A stretch of 43,788 nt of DNA from a virus, in the IMG/VR virus record IMGVR_UViG_3300045988_075868; one strand, given 5' to 3'. The notes beneath the pieces were generated by a model, which had not been told where the DNA came from, made no database searches, and saw nothing but the letters and a program-made list of their open reading frames with translations. Shown in pieces: positions 35,157-42,060 of this stretch. How positions within the stretch are numbered: the stretch's first letter is position 1; each line of letters starts with the position of its first letter. The position numbers and the translations under genes were made by a program.

Positions 35157-35182
35157 GTGGTCGAAAGGGGATGATCCATTTG

Positions 35183-35641
35183 ATGGAGTGGATAACATTC
35201 GGTATTGCAGTTGCAGGTTTTTTGATGTCTCTAGCAACATGGATTCTCACATTTTTATCTCAAAGAAAAAATATAGGAATCAGAATTACAGAATGTAAAT
35301 CGGATGACGAAATTACGCTTTGCTTTGTCCATATTGAAAATAAATCTCGGCTTCCGATTGCTATCACACGAATTGTTTTGCTGTCTGGAGAAAATGAAGT
35401 AGATTGCGTCCCCTTCCCGACTTGGGTTTTGGATGATACCCGAAGAAGCGGAAAAGAAATCATATCAAGGAAAAGTTATTACTCAATGCAAATGCCAATC
35501 GCTATATCTGCCCTTGGAGCTGTGAGCGGATACGTTCTTTTTCAATCAGATCAACGTATGCTTCCAGATGATGCCAAGCTTCTGAACTTGAAAGTCTATA
35601 CCAATCGGGGCCTGACAAAAATATGGTCAATTCCACTTTGA
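35183..35641 (+). CDS. Membrane-anchored protein (N-terminal TM helix, beta-rich domain); candidate superinfection-exclusion-type gene
   Basis: [25 protein letters not shown]. Low GC, opposite strand to the surrounding early operon, own promoter. Function not recognised. Confidence 0.6.
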   Translation: MEWITFGIAVAGFLMSLATWILTFLSQRKNIGIRITECKSDDEITLCFVHIENKSRLPIAITRIVLLSGENEVDCVPFPTWVLDDTRRSGKEIISRKSYYSMQMPIAISALGAVSGYVLFQSDQRMLPDDAKLLNLKVYTNRGLTKIWSIPL

Positions 35642-35792
35642 TTGGAGAATTAACACCGCCATACATCTCTCGGATTTGATATGTTATCGCCCTCCCCTCC
35701 TTTTCATGTTCCCTGGTCGTCGGACCATTTGAATAGCGTTTCCTGATCCATGTCAGGGAAGAATTTTTCCAGTTTCGGAACTTTTCTTCCTG

Positions 35793-35826
35793 TATATTGT
35801 ATAGAACAAATTTTCTATACAATATA
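35793..35826. promoter_or_regulatory. Perfect 14-bp inverted repeat (TATATTGTATAGAA-N6-TTCTATACAATATA)
   Basis: Abuts the -35 element of the following promoter. Candidate operator or bidirectional AT-rich hairpin. Confidence 0.5.
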
Positions 35827-35855
35827 TTGATTTTTGTCGTCGGATATGGTACAAT
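35827..35855 (+). promoter_or_regulatory. Promoter (TTGATT-17-TACAAT with TGg extension)
   Basis: Correct spacing, followed by AAGGAAAGGAGG and ATG 35913. Confidence 0.55.
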
Positions 35856-35912
35856 TATCCAAGAAGGGTAACTGTTTCTTGCCCTCCATTTTCAAGGAAA
35901 GGAGGCTCCGCT

Positions 35913-36083
35913 ATGCCTAAACCGTTATACAAGCCAGGAGAAGACAATAAGCCGCGTGGCGAGTATGTGGAAGTCGGCCCCCGTGGTGGTCAAGTCAATG
36001 ACCCTCGGCAAATAACAATTGACCCGGGTGATCGTCTGCCACCCACTCAAAAGCCGGGCAACAAATGGACACCTAAAAAGTGA
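35913..36083 (+). CDS. YjzC-like small protein (56 aa)
   Basis: MPKPLYKPGEDNKPRGEYVEVGPRGGQVNDPRQITIDPGDRLPPTQKPGNKWTPKK matches the YjzC pattern (KPGE..G.Y.E.G..G..V.dP....GD..P.T...N.W). GGAGG lies 7 nt before the ATG. A hairpin at about 36093-36130 follows. It is too short for the ORF track. Confidence 0.65.
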   Translation: MPKPLYKPGEDNKPRGEYVEVGPRGGQVNDPRQITIDPGDRLPPTQKPGNKWTPKK

Positions 36084-36253
36084 TTTCTTCTGGGATAGGG
36101 CCTTTGCTGTTTGCAAGGGCCCTATATCTTTGCTCTGACTCTCCACAAGCAGAAACAGAAACTGAATAGATTGATTTGTAGCCAAGCTTCAGCATATTGA
36201 ACCCCATTTTCCTCGTACTTCGTGATGTAGTGGTGCATAAAAACCACCTCCTT

Positions 36254-36466
36254 TCAGTCATCTAATCGGTCATTGAAGTAATCATAAGGAACACCTATCA
36301 CATCACAGATTGCTAAGAAGTCATCTGCAGCCATTTTAGATCGCCCACTGATAATGCAACTGGTTTTCTGTCTGGACCAGCCACACTTTTCAGCGATAAA
36401 CGCTTGTTTAATCCCATGATCCTTCAAATATATCTGAATACTCTGCGCTACACTCAATTTCCTCAC
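36254..36466 (-). CDS. Cro-like HTH regulator
   Basis: HTH GIKQAFIAEKCGWSRQKTSCIISG. Divergent from the CI-like gene. The start is uncertain: 36466 is GTG, with a TTG alternative 3 codons in. Confidence 0.65.
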   Translation of the reverse strand: MRKLSVAQSIQIYLKDHGIKQAFIAEKCGWSRQKTSCIISGRSKMAADDFLAICDVIGVPYDYFNDRLDD

Positions 36467-36598
36467 CCCCCTAGAAGTAGCGATTTTCTGGACTTACTTT
36501 TATGCTATCACAATATTTCGCTACTGTCAATAGGAAATCACGAAATTCTTGACTTTTGTTTTTTCGTGTGATATGCTCATGTCAAAGAAGGTGATTAT
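36467..36598. promoter_or_regulatory. Genetic switch region with divergent promoters and ATTTCG/CGAAAT repeats
   Basis: Plus strand has TTGACT-17-TATGCT (36549-36577, TG-extended). Minus strand has TTGACA-17-TAGCAT (reverse complement of 36505-36533). AGTAGCGA/TCGCTACT inverted arms are present. Confidence 0.55.
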
Positions 36599-37453
36599 AT
36601 GGAGACAGGCAGAACAATATCCTTGCGGGAACGAATCCGAATAAATCTTGTCACTGCAATGGAAAATGCCGGAATAAATCAAGTACAACTTGCTGACAAA
36701 TTAAACATAAGTAAAGGCACAGTCAATAATTGGACCCGTGGGAATAACTCTCCGGATGTCGATATGGTTCCAAGGATTTGTGAAGTCTTGGGAATATCTG
36801 TTTTATCTCTTTATTCACCAACAGAATTTGAAAGCCCGGAGGGGGAAACAACAAAAAAATCCCCCTCCGAACTATCGGAGGAGGCACAAAAAATCGCAAA
36901 GAGCTATGAAAAGCTGACCGACCATGGAAAAGGGGCTGTCAAGCTTATTATGGAATATGAGGGGAAGGCCGAGATCACAGCAACACCAAAGCAGCCTGTC
37001 GGCCACCCTAAAGTCATTCCCCTGCCGAAAGTAAAACGTAGCCACGGCTTTACAGAGGTTGAAGTGTTTGACGAGCCCGCCGCCGCCGGCCTTGGGAATC
37101 CGATAGAAACTCCTCCCAGTCATATGGAGCAGTATCCGTCCGACTATGTTCCCACAAAAACGAATTTTGGTGTGCTGATCTCCGGAGATTCTATGGAGCC
37201 GAAGATACCAAATGGCTCTACAGTCTTTCTCCAGGCCACTCCCGTTCTTGACAATGGTGAAATAGGTATCTTTGTTCTGGACGGGAAGTCGTACTGCAAG
37301 CAGTTGAAGAAGGACGAAGAAAGCCAGGAGGTAAAACTGCACTCCCTCAACCCGGAGTATAAGGATATTGAGATACCACCGTTTACCGAATTAAAAGTGC
37401 TGGGCCGTGTGCTGGGTGGCTACGACCCTCACACGAGGGATATCATCTGGTAA
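36599..37453 (+). CDS. CI/LexA-like repressor (XRE HTH with S24 peptidase domain)
   Basis: N-terminal INQVQLADKLNISKGTVNNWTRGNN. C-terminal GDSMEP and FVLDGKSYCKQL, giving the Ser/Lys dyad context. Confidence 0.85.
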   Translation: METGRTISLRERIRINLVTAMENAGINQVQLADKLNISKGTVNNWTRGNNSPDVDMVPRICEVLGISVLSLYSPTEFESPEGETTKKSPSELSEEAQKIAKSYEKLTDHGKGAVKLIMEYEGKAEITATPKQPVGHPKVIPLPKVKRSHGFTEVEVFDEPAAAGLGNPIETPPSHMEQYPSDYVPTKTNFGVLISGDSMEPKIPNGSTVFLQATPVLDNGEIGIFVLDGKSYCKQLKKDEESQEVKLHSLNPEYKDIEIPPFTELKVLGRVLGGYDPHTRDIIW

Positions 37454-37455
37454 TG

Positions 37456-37494
37456 TGTGACCCAACCGCCAGAGAGCGGAAAAGATAGAGAGGG
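37456..37494 (+). repeat. Imperfect direct repeat, copy A (TGTGACCCAACCGCCAGAGAGCGGAA...TAGAGAGGG)
   Basis: 23/26 identity over the first 26 nt with copy B at 38105..38141. Contains a CCGC/GCGG hairpin. Confidence 0.7.
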
Positions 37495-37502
37495 GGAAAG
37501 AT

Positions 37503-37895
37503 GTGCCGGAAAATTTCAATAAGCTATTTTGCGTCGGAGAGTATGTTACAGAGTTCAATTTAGCAACCGGACAGCATCTTCCTTGTGGGCCAATTTACCA
37601 ATCTTATGGTCTAATGGCACATATTCAGAAAAGACACCCCTCCGAGGTTTCAAATCTATCTTATGTGCCGGAGATCATATCTTCTCCTGATTATATTGGA
37701 AAGCACCCTAAAGAGCCGGATAGTATTGAACTAGTGAAAATTTTGAGCGGCAACATAATGGTCTGTATAAAATTGGATAGGGATGAAAATTACCTGTTTG
37801 TTGCAAGTGTTTTCGAGATTAGTGAAGGAAAATTGAAAAACCGCATTAACAGTGGGAGATTAAAAAAGTTGACAAATCACAAAATGTGTGATTAA
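37503..37895 (+). CDS. PBECR-like (Barnase-EndoU-ColicinE5/D-RelE-like) putative nuclease
   Basis: AHIQKRHPSEV...YVPEIISSPDYIGKHPKEPDSIELVK...VASVFEIS fits my recollection of the PBECR pattern. GTG start after GAGGGGGAAAG. Low GC. Confidence 0.45.
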   Translation: MPENFNKLFCVGEYVTEFNLATGQHLPCGPIYQSYGLMAHIQKRHPSEVSNLSYVPEIISSPDYIGKHPKEPDSIELVKILSGNIMVCIKLDRDENYLFVASVFEISEGKLKNRINSGRLKKLTNHKMCD

Positions 37896-38071
37896 ATGAA
37901 GTTGCAAAAGCATAGACTGTATTGGGTGTTGAGGTCGGAAATGGCTCCCGACACTCCCTTGTATGAGGATAGAACGGGCATCTATCACCTATATGGGTAA
38001 TGCGTGAGTGCCGACACGCCGCAAGGGAACCTGAGATGTAGGATACGCCGCCCTACCAACATCCAAAACAC

Positions 38072-38105
38072 AGGCAGGCAACTTCGGTTGTCTGCCTTTT
38101 GCTTT
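38072..38105 (+). terminator. Intrinsic terminator (11-bp stem, UUCG loop, U-tract)
   Basis: AGGCAGGCAAC-TTCG-GTTGTCTGCCT followed by TTTGCTTTG. Confidence 0.8.
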
Positions 38106-38141
38106 GTGACCTAACCGCCGGAGGGCGGAATAGAGAGAAGG
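38105..38141 (+). repeat. Imperfect direct repeat, copy B
   Basis: TGTGACCTAACCGCCGGAGGGCGGAATAGAGAGAAGG. See copy A. Confidence 0.7.
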
Positions 38142-38216
38142 TACGCCTATTATCTAGTTGCAAAAAAATGTGCATAAAAAGACCACCCTGGGTTTCCCCG
38201 GAAGCGGCCTTTTATA

Positions 38217-39443
38217 TCAAACCTGTTCTGTATCGCTTCTTGCGATATAGTCGTCTAATTCATTTAGATTGATTGAATAGTAATTTGTCTTTCCACGCCT
38301 CGATTTTACAAGTAGATTTTGTGGTATTTGCTCTAACTTGCGTGTCAATGTTGTGCGACTAAGCATTGCATGTTTCAGCACTACATCAGTTGATACACCA
38401 AATTCAGAGAAAAGCGCCGCTTGGATCAGAAGGCTATAGATTTCTCCCAGTTTTTCATCCTTCCCAGCGCACAGATCCTCTATTCTCTGCAAATACCTGT
38501 TTAATCGGACAAGCCCTTCCTGCAAGCTTTCCTTCAGCTTTTCCACTGATGTTTTTATTATATTTAAGAACATCGTTAGAAACGGCGTCAAATCCCCGAG
38601 GTTTACTTGGTCGTTGCATACAGTAAACGCTTTGTAGTAGTCATTGATATTTTCCTTTATTGTATATGAAAGCCGATAGCCTGTCACCGGAACTAACTCC
38701 TGCGAGAGAAGATAGCTACATATAAAGCGGCCAAGTCTTCCGTTCCCATCATAAAACGGATGGATATACTCAATCAAATAGTGAAAAATTGCAATCCTGC
38801 AAAGCGCTTCATGAGATTCGTCATGTAAAAATATAAGCGCCTTTTCCATGGATTGAATTATACTTTCTTCCGGGTATACCCCCTTATGAATCTCCTTCTG
38901 GCTCGGACTATAAATGCTCACCGACTCTTTGCGAAACCACTTCCCGTCTGGTAGGTTATCTGGATTCTCTTCTTCCACTTCTGCAAGCACCAGCTCATCG
39001 TAGATCGCCCTAATGTCCTGGCAGCTTTCAATGGGGATTTCTTCTTTTGTCATCAGCATGTCATACTTCTGAACTAATCCGAAAAAACGCTTCCCTTTGC
39101 TTTTTTCCTGCAACTCATCCAGAATATCGCTAATTTCCTTTCTGGTGCTCCGAACACCTTCTATGCTGTTAGTCAACACAATCTCATCTATGAGACATCT
39201 CCTAGAAAACTGACTAATAGCCGCACCAGGCAGTATGGAGCAGAGATTTGAAACAGCAGTGTTCATGCGCAAAATATCTGTAATCATATGGTTGATCTCC
39301 GGCGTTTGAATGAAAAATGCATTGTTTCCATTAACTTGGAAATCTAAATGTATCGCATATTCACTTTGATACCGTTTTTCATATAACGCTTTATACGCTT
39401 CCTTGTCTTTGTAATACAGCTCTGATAAATTTTGATATCCCAT
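38217..39443 (-). CDS. Fic-domain protein (AMPylase family, class II inhibitory motif) with a C-terminal winged-helix-like region
   Basis: Fic motif HPFYDGNGRLGR and N-terminal inhibitory-type motif TNSIEG. GGAGGTG lies 6 nt before the ATG. Low GC. Confidence 0.85.
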   Translation of the reverse strand: MGYQNLSELYYKDKEAYKALYEKRYQSEYAIHLDFQVNGNNAFFIQTPEINHMITDILRMNTAVSNLCSILPGAAISQFSRRCLIDEIVLTNSIEGVRSTRKEISDILDELQEKSKGKRFFGLVQKYDMLMTKEEIPIESCQDIRAIYDELVLAEVEEENPDNLPDGKWFRKESVSIYSPSQKEIHKGVYPEESIIQSMEKALIFLHDESHEALCRIAIFHYLIEYIHPFYDGNGRLGRFICSYLLSQELVPVTGYRLSYTIKENINDYYKAFTVCNDQVNLGDLTPFLTMFLNIIKTSVEKLKESLQEGLVRLNRYLQRIEDLCAGKDEKLGEIYSLLIQAALFSEFGVSTDVVLKHAMLSRTTLTRKLEQIPQNLLVKSRRGKTNYYSINLNELDDYIARSDTEQV

Positions 39444-39504
39444 GTGAACACCTCCGTTTCTTTGCGGCTTATATTTTCGTGGAAATATATACCCGCTTTC
39501 GCTG

Positions 39505-39541
39505 TTTCATTCACCAAAACGGCTTATTTTGGCGAATGAAA
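39505..39541. promoter_or_regulatory. 15-bp inverted repeat (TTTCATTCACCAAAA / TTTTGGCGAATGAAA) in the fic-int divergent region
   Basis: One mismatch between the arms. Candidate operator or hairpin. Confidence 0.45.
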
Positions 39542-39609
39542 TCAGTTTATCATAGTCAAACAGAAAAATCAAGCGTATTTTGGAGCACAATAAAACTCCC
39601 CACCCCGGC

Positions 39610-39698
39610 GCTACCAACACCGAGACAGGGGAACAAAATAAAAACGCCCCCAGTGCTACCAACACCGAGGGCGGGCCGTAGATGCTACCAACATCGAC
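39610..39698 (+). repeat. Three direct copies of GCTACCAACA(C/T)CGA(G/C) upstream of int
   Basis: Copies at 39610-39624, 39655-39669 and 39684-39698. The first two are flanked by complementary C-rich and G-rich runs. A partial fourth copy CTACCAACATC lies at 38053-38063. Confidence 0.7.
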
Positions 39699-39795
39699 GG
39701 TAAGCAAAGCACCCCAAACTACTAGATCCAAGGCACCTTTGCGCCCTCATTGTATCATACATAGGTACGCTGGTGCAAGAGAAAGGAGAAAAAAC

Positions 39796-40881
39796 ATGGC
39801 CACTGCTAAACAGCTTCCCTCCGGCTCCTGGAGATGCCAAGTCTATGCTGGCACCGCACCTGACGGAAAACGTCAGTACCGTTCTTTCACTGCCTATACT
39901 AAGAAGGAAGCGGAGTATGCCGCCCTGGAGTGGCAGCTCCACTACCGGGAAATATCTAGGGACTCTTCTAATATGACCTTAGCCGAGGCGATGGAGCGAT
40001 ATCTGGCCTCTAAAGACAGTATATTGTCACCATCGACCGTCAGGGGCTATGACATCATACGCAGGAGGCACCTGCAAGGGCTCATGCAAATCCGCCTAAA
40101 TCGATTGACACCATCTATGATCCAGGAAGCATTCAATATAGAGAGCAAGCCCTATACTGATAGTCAGGGCCGAGTCCATATGCCCACCCCAAAGTCTGTA
40201 CATAATATTCATGGGTTCTTTTCTGCTGTTCTACGGGAGTATCACCCAGCTTTGCGTCTAAATATCACCCTTCCGCAAAAGGAATTGAACGAGCAGCAAT
40301 ACTTAGAGCCTGAGCAGGTAGGTAAGCTTTTACGGGCAATCAAAGGATCAGAAATGGAAGTCCCTATACTTTTGGCACTCTGGCTTAGTCTTCGATCTTC
40401 TGAAGTCACAGGTCTGACCTGGAAATATGTAGACTTTACACACAATACTATTACGGTTCGTCAAGCCAGAGTAAGGAATAAAGAAAATCAGTGGGTCGAA
40501 AAGTCTACCAAAACGACCTGCTCCACACGCACTCTCCATGCGCCTGAGTATATCATGGAACTGCTAAAGGCCAGCAAAGGCAATGATGGCCCAGAGGATC
40601 ATGTAGTCAAAATCAAAGGAAATTGTTTACTTCAAAGGCTCAAAACAATCCTGCGCAAAAATAATCTTCCTCTTATCCGCTTTCATGATCTGCGGCATAC
40701 CAATTGCAGTTTAATGAGTGCTCTTGGGGTACCAGAAAGATATATGATGGCCCGCGGTGGCTGGTCAAGTCCGCGGGTTATGCGCTCGGTGTATGACCAT
40801 ACGATGCGTAGTAAACAGAATGAGGTCGACCAAAAAATCGATAGATGTTTTTACCAGCTTATGAAAGAGGAGGACGCCTGA
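39796..40881 (+). CDS. int: Tyrosine integrase
   Basis: RFHDLRHT and GGWSSPRVMRSVYDHT (catalytic Tyr region). Start moved to ATG 39796, preceded by AAAGGAG. Confidence 0.9.
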   Translation: MATAKQLPSGSWRCQVYAGTAPDGKRQYRSFTAYTKKEAEYAALEWQLHYREISRDSSNMTLAEAMERYLASKDSILSPSTVRGYDIIRRRHLQGLMQIRLNRLTPSMIQEAFNIESKPYTDSQGRVHMPTPKSVHNIHGFFSAVLREYHPALRLNITLPQKELNEQQYLEPEQVGKLLRAIKGSEMEVPILLALWLSLRSSEVTGLTWKYVDFTHNTITVRQARVRNKENQWVEKSTKTTCSTRTLHAPEYIMELLKASKGNDGPEDHVVKIKGNCLLQRLKTILRKNNLPLIRFHDLRHTNCSLMSALGVPERYMMARGGWSSPRVMRSVYDHTMRSKQNEVDQKIDRCFYQLMKEEDA

Positions 40882-41034
40882 TTTTAATCGCCCCCCTATC
40901 AATCTGTGTGATATTTCGTGTTGCATGATTGTTCGGCGTGTGATATTTACTTGCCTTTTTTCTCGTTAGAGTGTAAAATATGGAAAAAAGCAAGGGAGGG
41001 AGCAATCACCAAATCCCTTGTGCCGCAACGTTTT

Positions 41035-41107
41035 CAGGAAAAATGAAGAAACCAGGCCTTTTCAGACCTGGTTCTTCTTGGTGCGCGAGGCGGGAGTCGA
41101 ACCCGCC
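41035..41107 (-). other. attP core region: 3' end of a tRNA gene (T arm, acceptor 3' strand and CCA) with its own terminator
   Basis: Minus strand 41107->41079 reads GGCGGGTTCGACTCCCGCCTCGCGCACCA (T stem GCGGG/CCCGC, loop TTCGACT, acceptor CTCGCGC, discriminator A, CCA). It is followed by hairpin GAAGAACCAGG...CCTGGTTTCTTC and ATTTTT. No matching 5' half (GCGCGAG) lies upstream, so this is a fragment. Confidence 0.7.
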
Positions 41108-41152
41108 AACAAAAGCACAAAGTAATTGTGGCACAATGGTTTTCGGTTTTTG

Positions 41153-41161
41153 TGGTATAAT
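41153..41161 (+). promoter_or_regulatory. Extended -10 promoter element (TGgTATAAT) upstream of the Spo0A_C gene
   Basis: TGGTATAAT at 41153-41161. The -35 element is weak. Confidence 0.4.
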
Positions 41162-41276
41162 TGTGTTGCATCTTGTGTGATATAGCAAAAAAATCGAGAG
41201 GCCCGCTAAGACAATGCCGCGGACCTCCCCAGAGGCATGGCGTATCCCGCATAAAGATAGAAAGGATTGAAACGTC

Positions 41277-41651
41277 ATGCCTATAACCATGGACCCTATA
41301 CAGGAATGTAGCGATTTGCACATTGTTGTAGAGCGAACTCTACGCCGCCTCCGAATCAGCGGAAAGTTGAAAGGTTTTCGCTTCTTGAGGTATGCCCTTA
41401 CAGTAACCGTAAAAGACCCTTACCGGACTGATCTTATCACGAAAGTTCTTTACCCCGAAATAGCCGCAGAATTTAGTGATAAAGATACCAGGGTCGAGCG
41501 GGCAATCCGTACTGCGATTTGCGCCTGCTGGGACAGCTACGGCAGAGATGAACTGAATAAGATGGCGGGCTATACCTTAGAAAAGCGCCCCACAAACTTA
41601 GAGTTTATTGACTTGGTAGCAGCATATATTCGTTACATCCTGGACAGGTAA
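41277..41651 (+). CDS. Stand-alone Spo0A C-terminal (DNA-binding effector) domain protein, no receiver domain
   Basis: ITKVLYPEIAAEF..TRVERAIRTAICACWDSYG...KRPTNLEFIDLVAAYIR aligns with B. subtilis Spo0A ITKVLYPDIAKKF..SRVERAIRHAIEVAWSRGN...KPTNSEFIAMVADKLR. Confidence 0.85.
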   Translation: MPITMDPIQECSDLHIVVERTLRRLRISGKLKGFRFLRYALTVTVKDPYRTDLITKVLYPEIAAEFSDKDTRVERAIRTAICACWDSYGRDELNKMAGYTLEKRPTNLEFIDLVAAYIRYILDR

Positions 41652-41658
41652 CCACTGG

Positions 41659-41690
41659 CCGGACAGGAGGATTCTCCTGTCCGGTTCTTC
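41659..41690. terminator. Bidirectional terminator (11-bp stem CCGGACAGGAG/CTCCTGTCCGG)
   Basis: Lies between convergent genes 41277..41651 (+) and 41692..41940 (-). T-rich 3' flank. Confidence 0.75.
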
Positions 41691-41691
41691 T

Positions 41692-41940
41692 TTATGCCTG
41701 CCAATGGTATCCACAGGTCTGACATACCCACATAGATTTATGTATAATTTTAGTTTTGTATTTACGAGGGGCAAAAATCTTAGCTATCAATGCAAGTACA
41801 GTAAAACAACACCATTTAACTGGAAGCCACCACCAACCAATACAAATCCACCAGAAAATGCCACGGTGTTTGGTAAGTAACTGCGTTTCCGATACCATTT
41901 GAACATTAATACTATTACTTCCACATTTTGGGCAAACCAT
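41692..41940 (-). CDS. Zinc-ribbon membrane protein (CPKCG...CQTCG flanking a Trp-rich TM hairpin)
   Basis: GGAGGAGTGAAGG precedes the ATG. The minus-strand promoter is TTGACA-18-TATTAT (reverse complement of about 41998-42027). Confidence 0.6.
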   Translation of the reverse strand: MVCPKCGSNSINVQMVSETQLLTKHRGIFWWICIGWWWLPVKWCCFTVLALIAKIFAPRKYKTKIIHKSMWVCQTCGYHWQA

Positions 41941-42060
41941 CCTTCACTCCTCCAAAACACACATAATTCATAATATTTAGTCATCTTTGGCATAATAATA
42001 GCATAAAAAGTGTGTTAGTGTCAATCCCGAAATAGTCACTTTTGGGATAGGATTGATAGT

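Larger units (their letters stand above)
40905..41183 (+). promoter_or_regulatory. Candidate integrase arm-type sites flanking the attP core
   Basis: GTGTGATAT lies at 40907, 40938 and 41175. GTGTTGCAT lies at 40918 and 41163. All are in the same orientation, on both sides of the core. They could alternatively be TG-extended -10-like elements. Confidence 0.4.

Noticed and set aside
35502-35822. 106-aa minus-strand ORF
   Set aside because: It overlaps the better-supported plus-strand membrane-protein gene 35183..35641, has no SD and has an odd composition.
36565-36573. A fourth GTGTGATAT motif, possibly an integrase arm site
   Set aside because: Here it forms the TG-extended -10 region of the cI promoter, far from attP. 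This coincidence is also the reason the arm-site interpretation near attP is given only moderate confidence.
39479-39703. 74-aa ORF with repeated LPTPR peptides
   Set aside because: The peptide repeats merely translate the GCTACCAACACCGAG DNA repeats. There is no SD, and the ORF lies in the divergent fic-int regulatory region.
41079-41170. A complete tRNA gene at attP
   Set aside because: Only the T arm, the 3' acceptor strand and CCA are present. The required 5' acceptor strand GCGCGAG and a proper anticodon arm are absent from the upstream sequence, so this is a tRNA fragment (attP core), not a gene.
41241-41273. GGATTGAAAC, which resembles the 3' handle of type I-B/I-C/III CRISPR repeats
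   Set aside because: There is no adjacent repeat-type stem at the right distance and no second copy. The sequence doubles as the SD region (AAAGGA) of the Spo0A_C gene, so it is most likely coincidence.
40980-41323. ORFs 40980..41180 (+), 41006..41323 (-) and 41034..41321 (-)
   Set aside because: They span the attP core and tRNA fragment, have no SD and have implausible composition.
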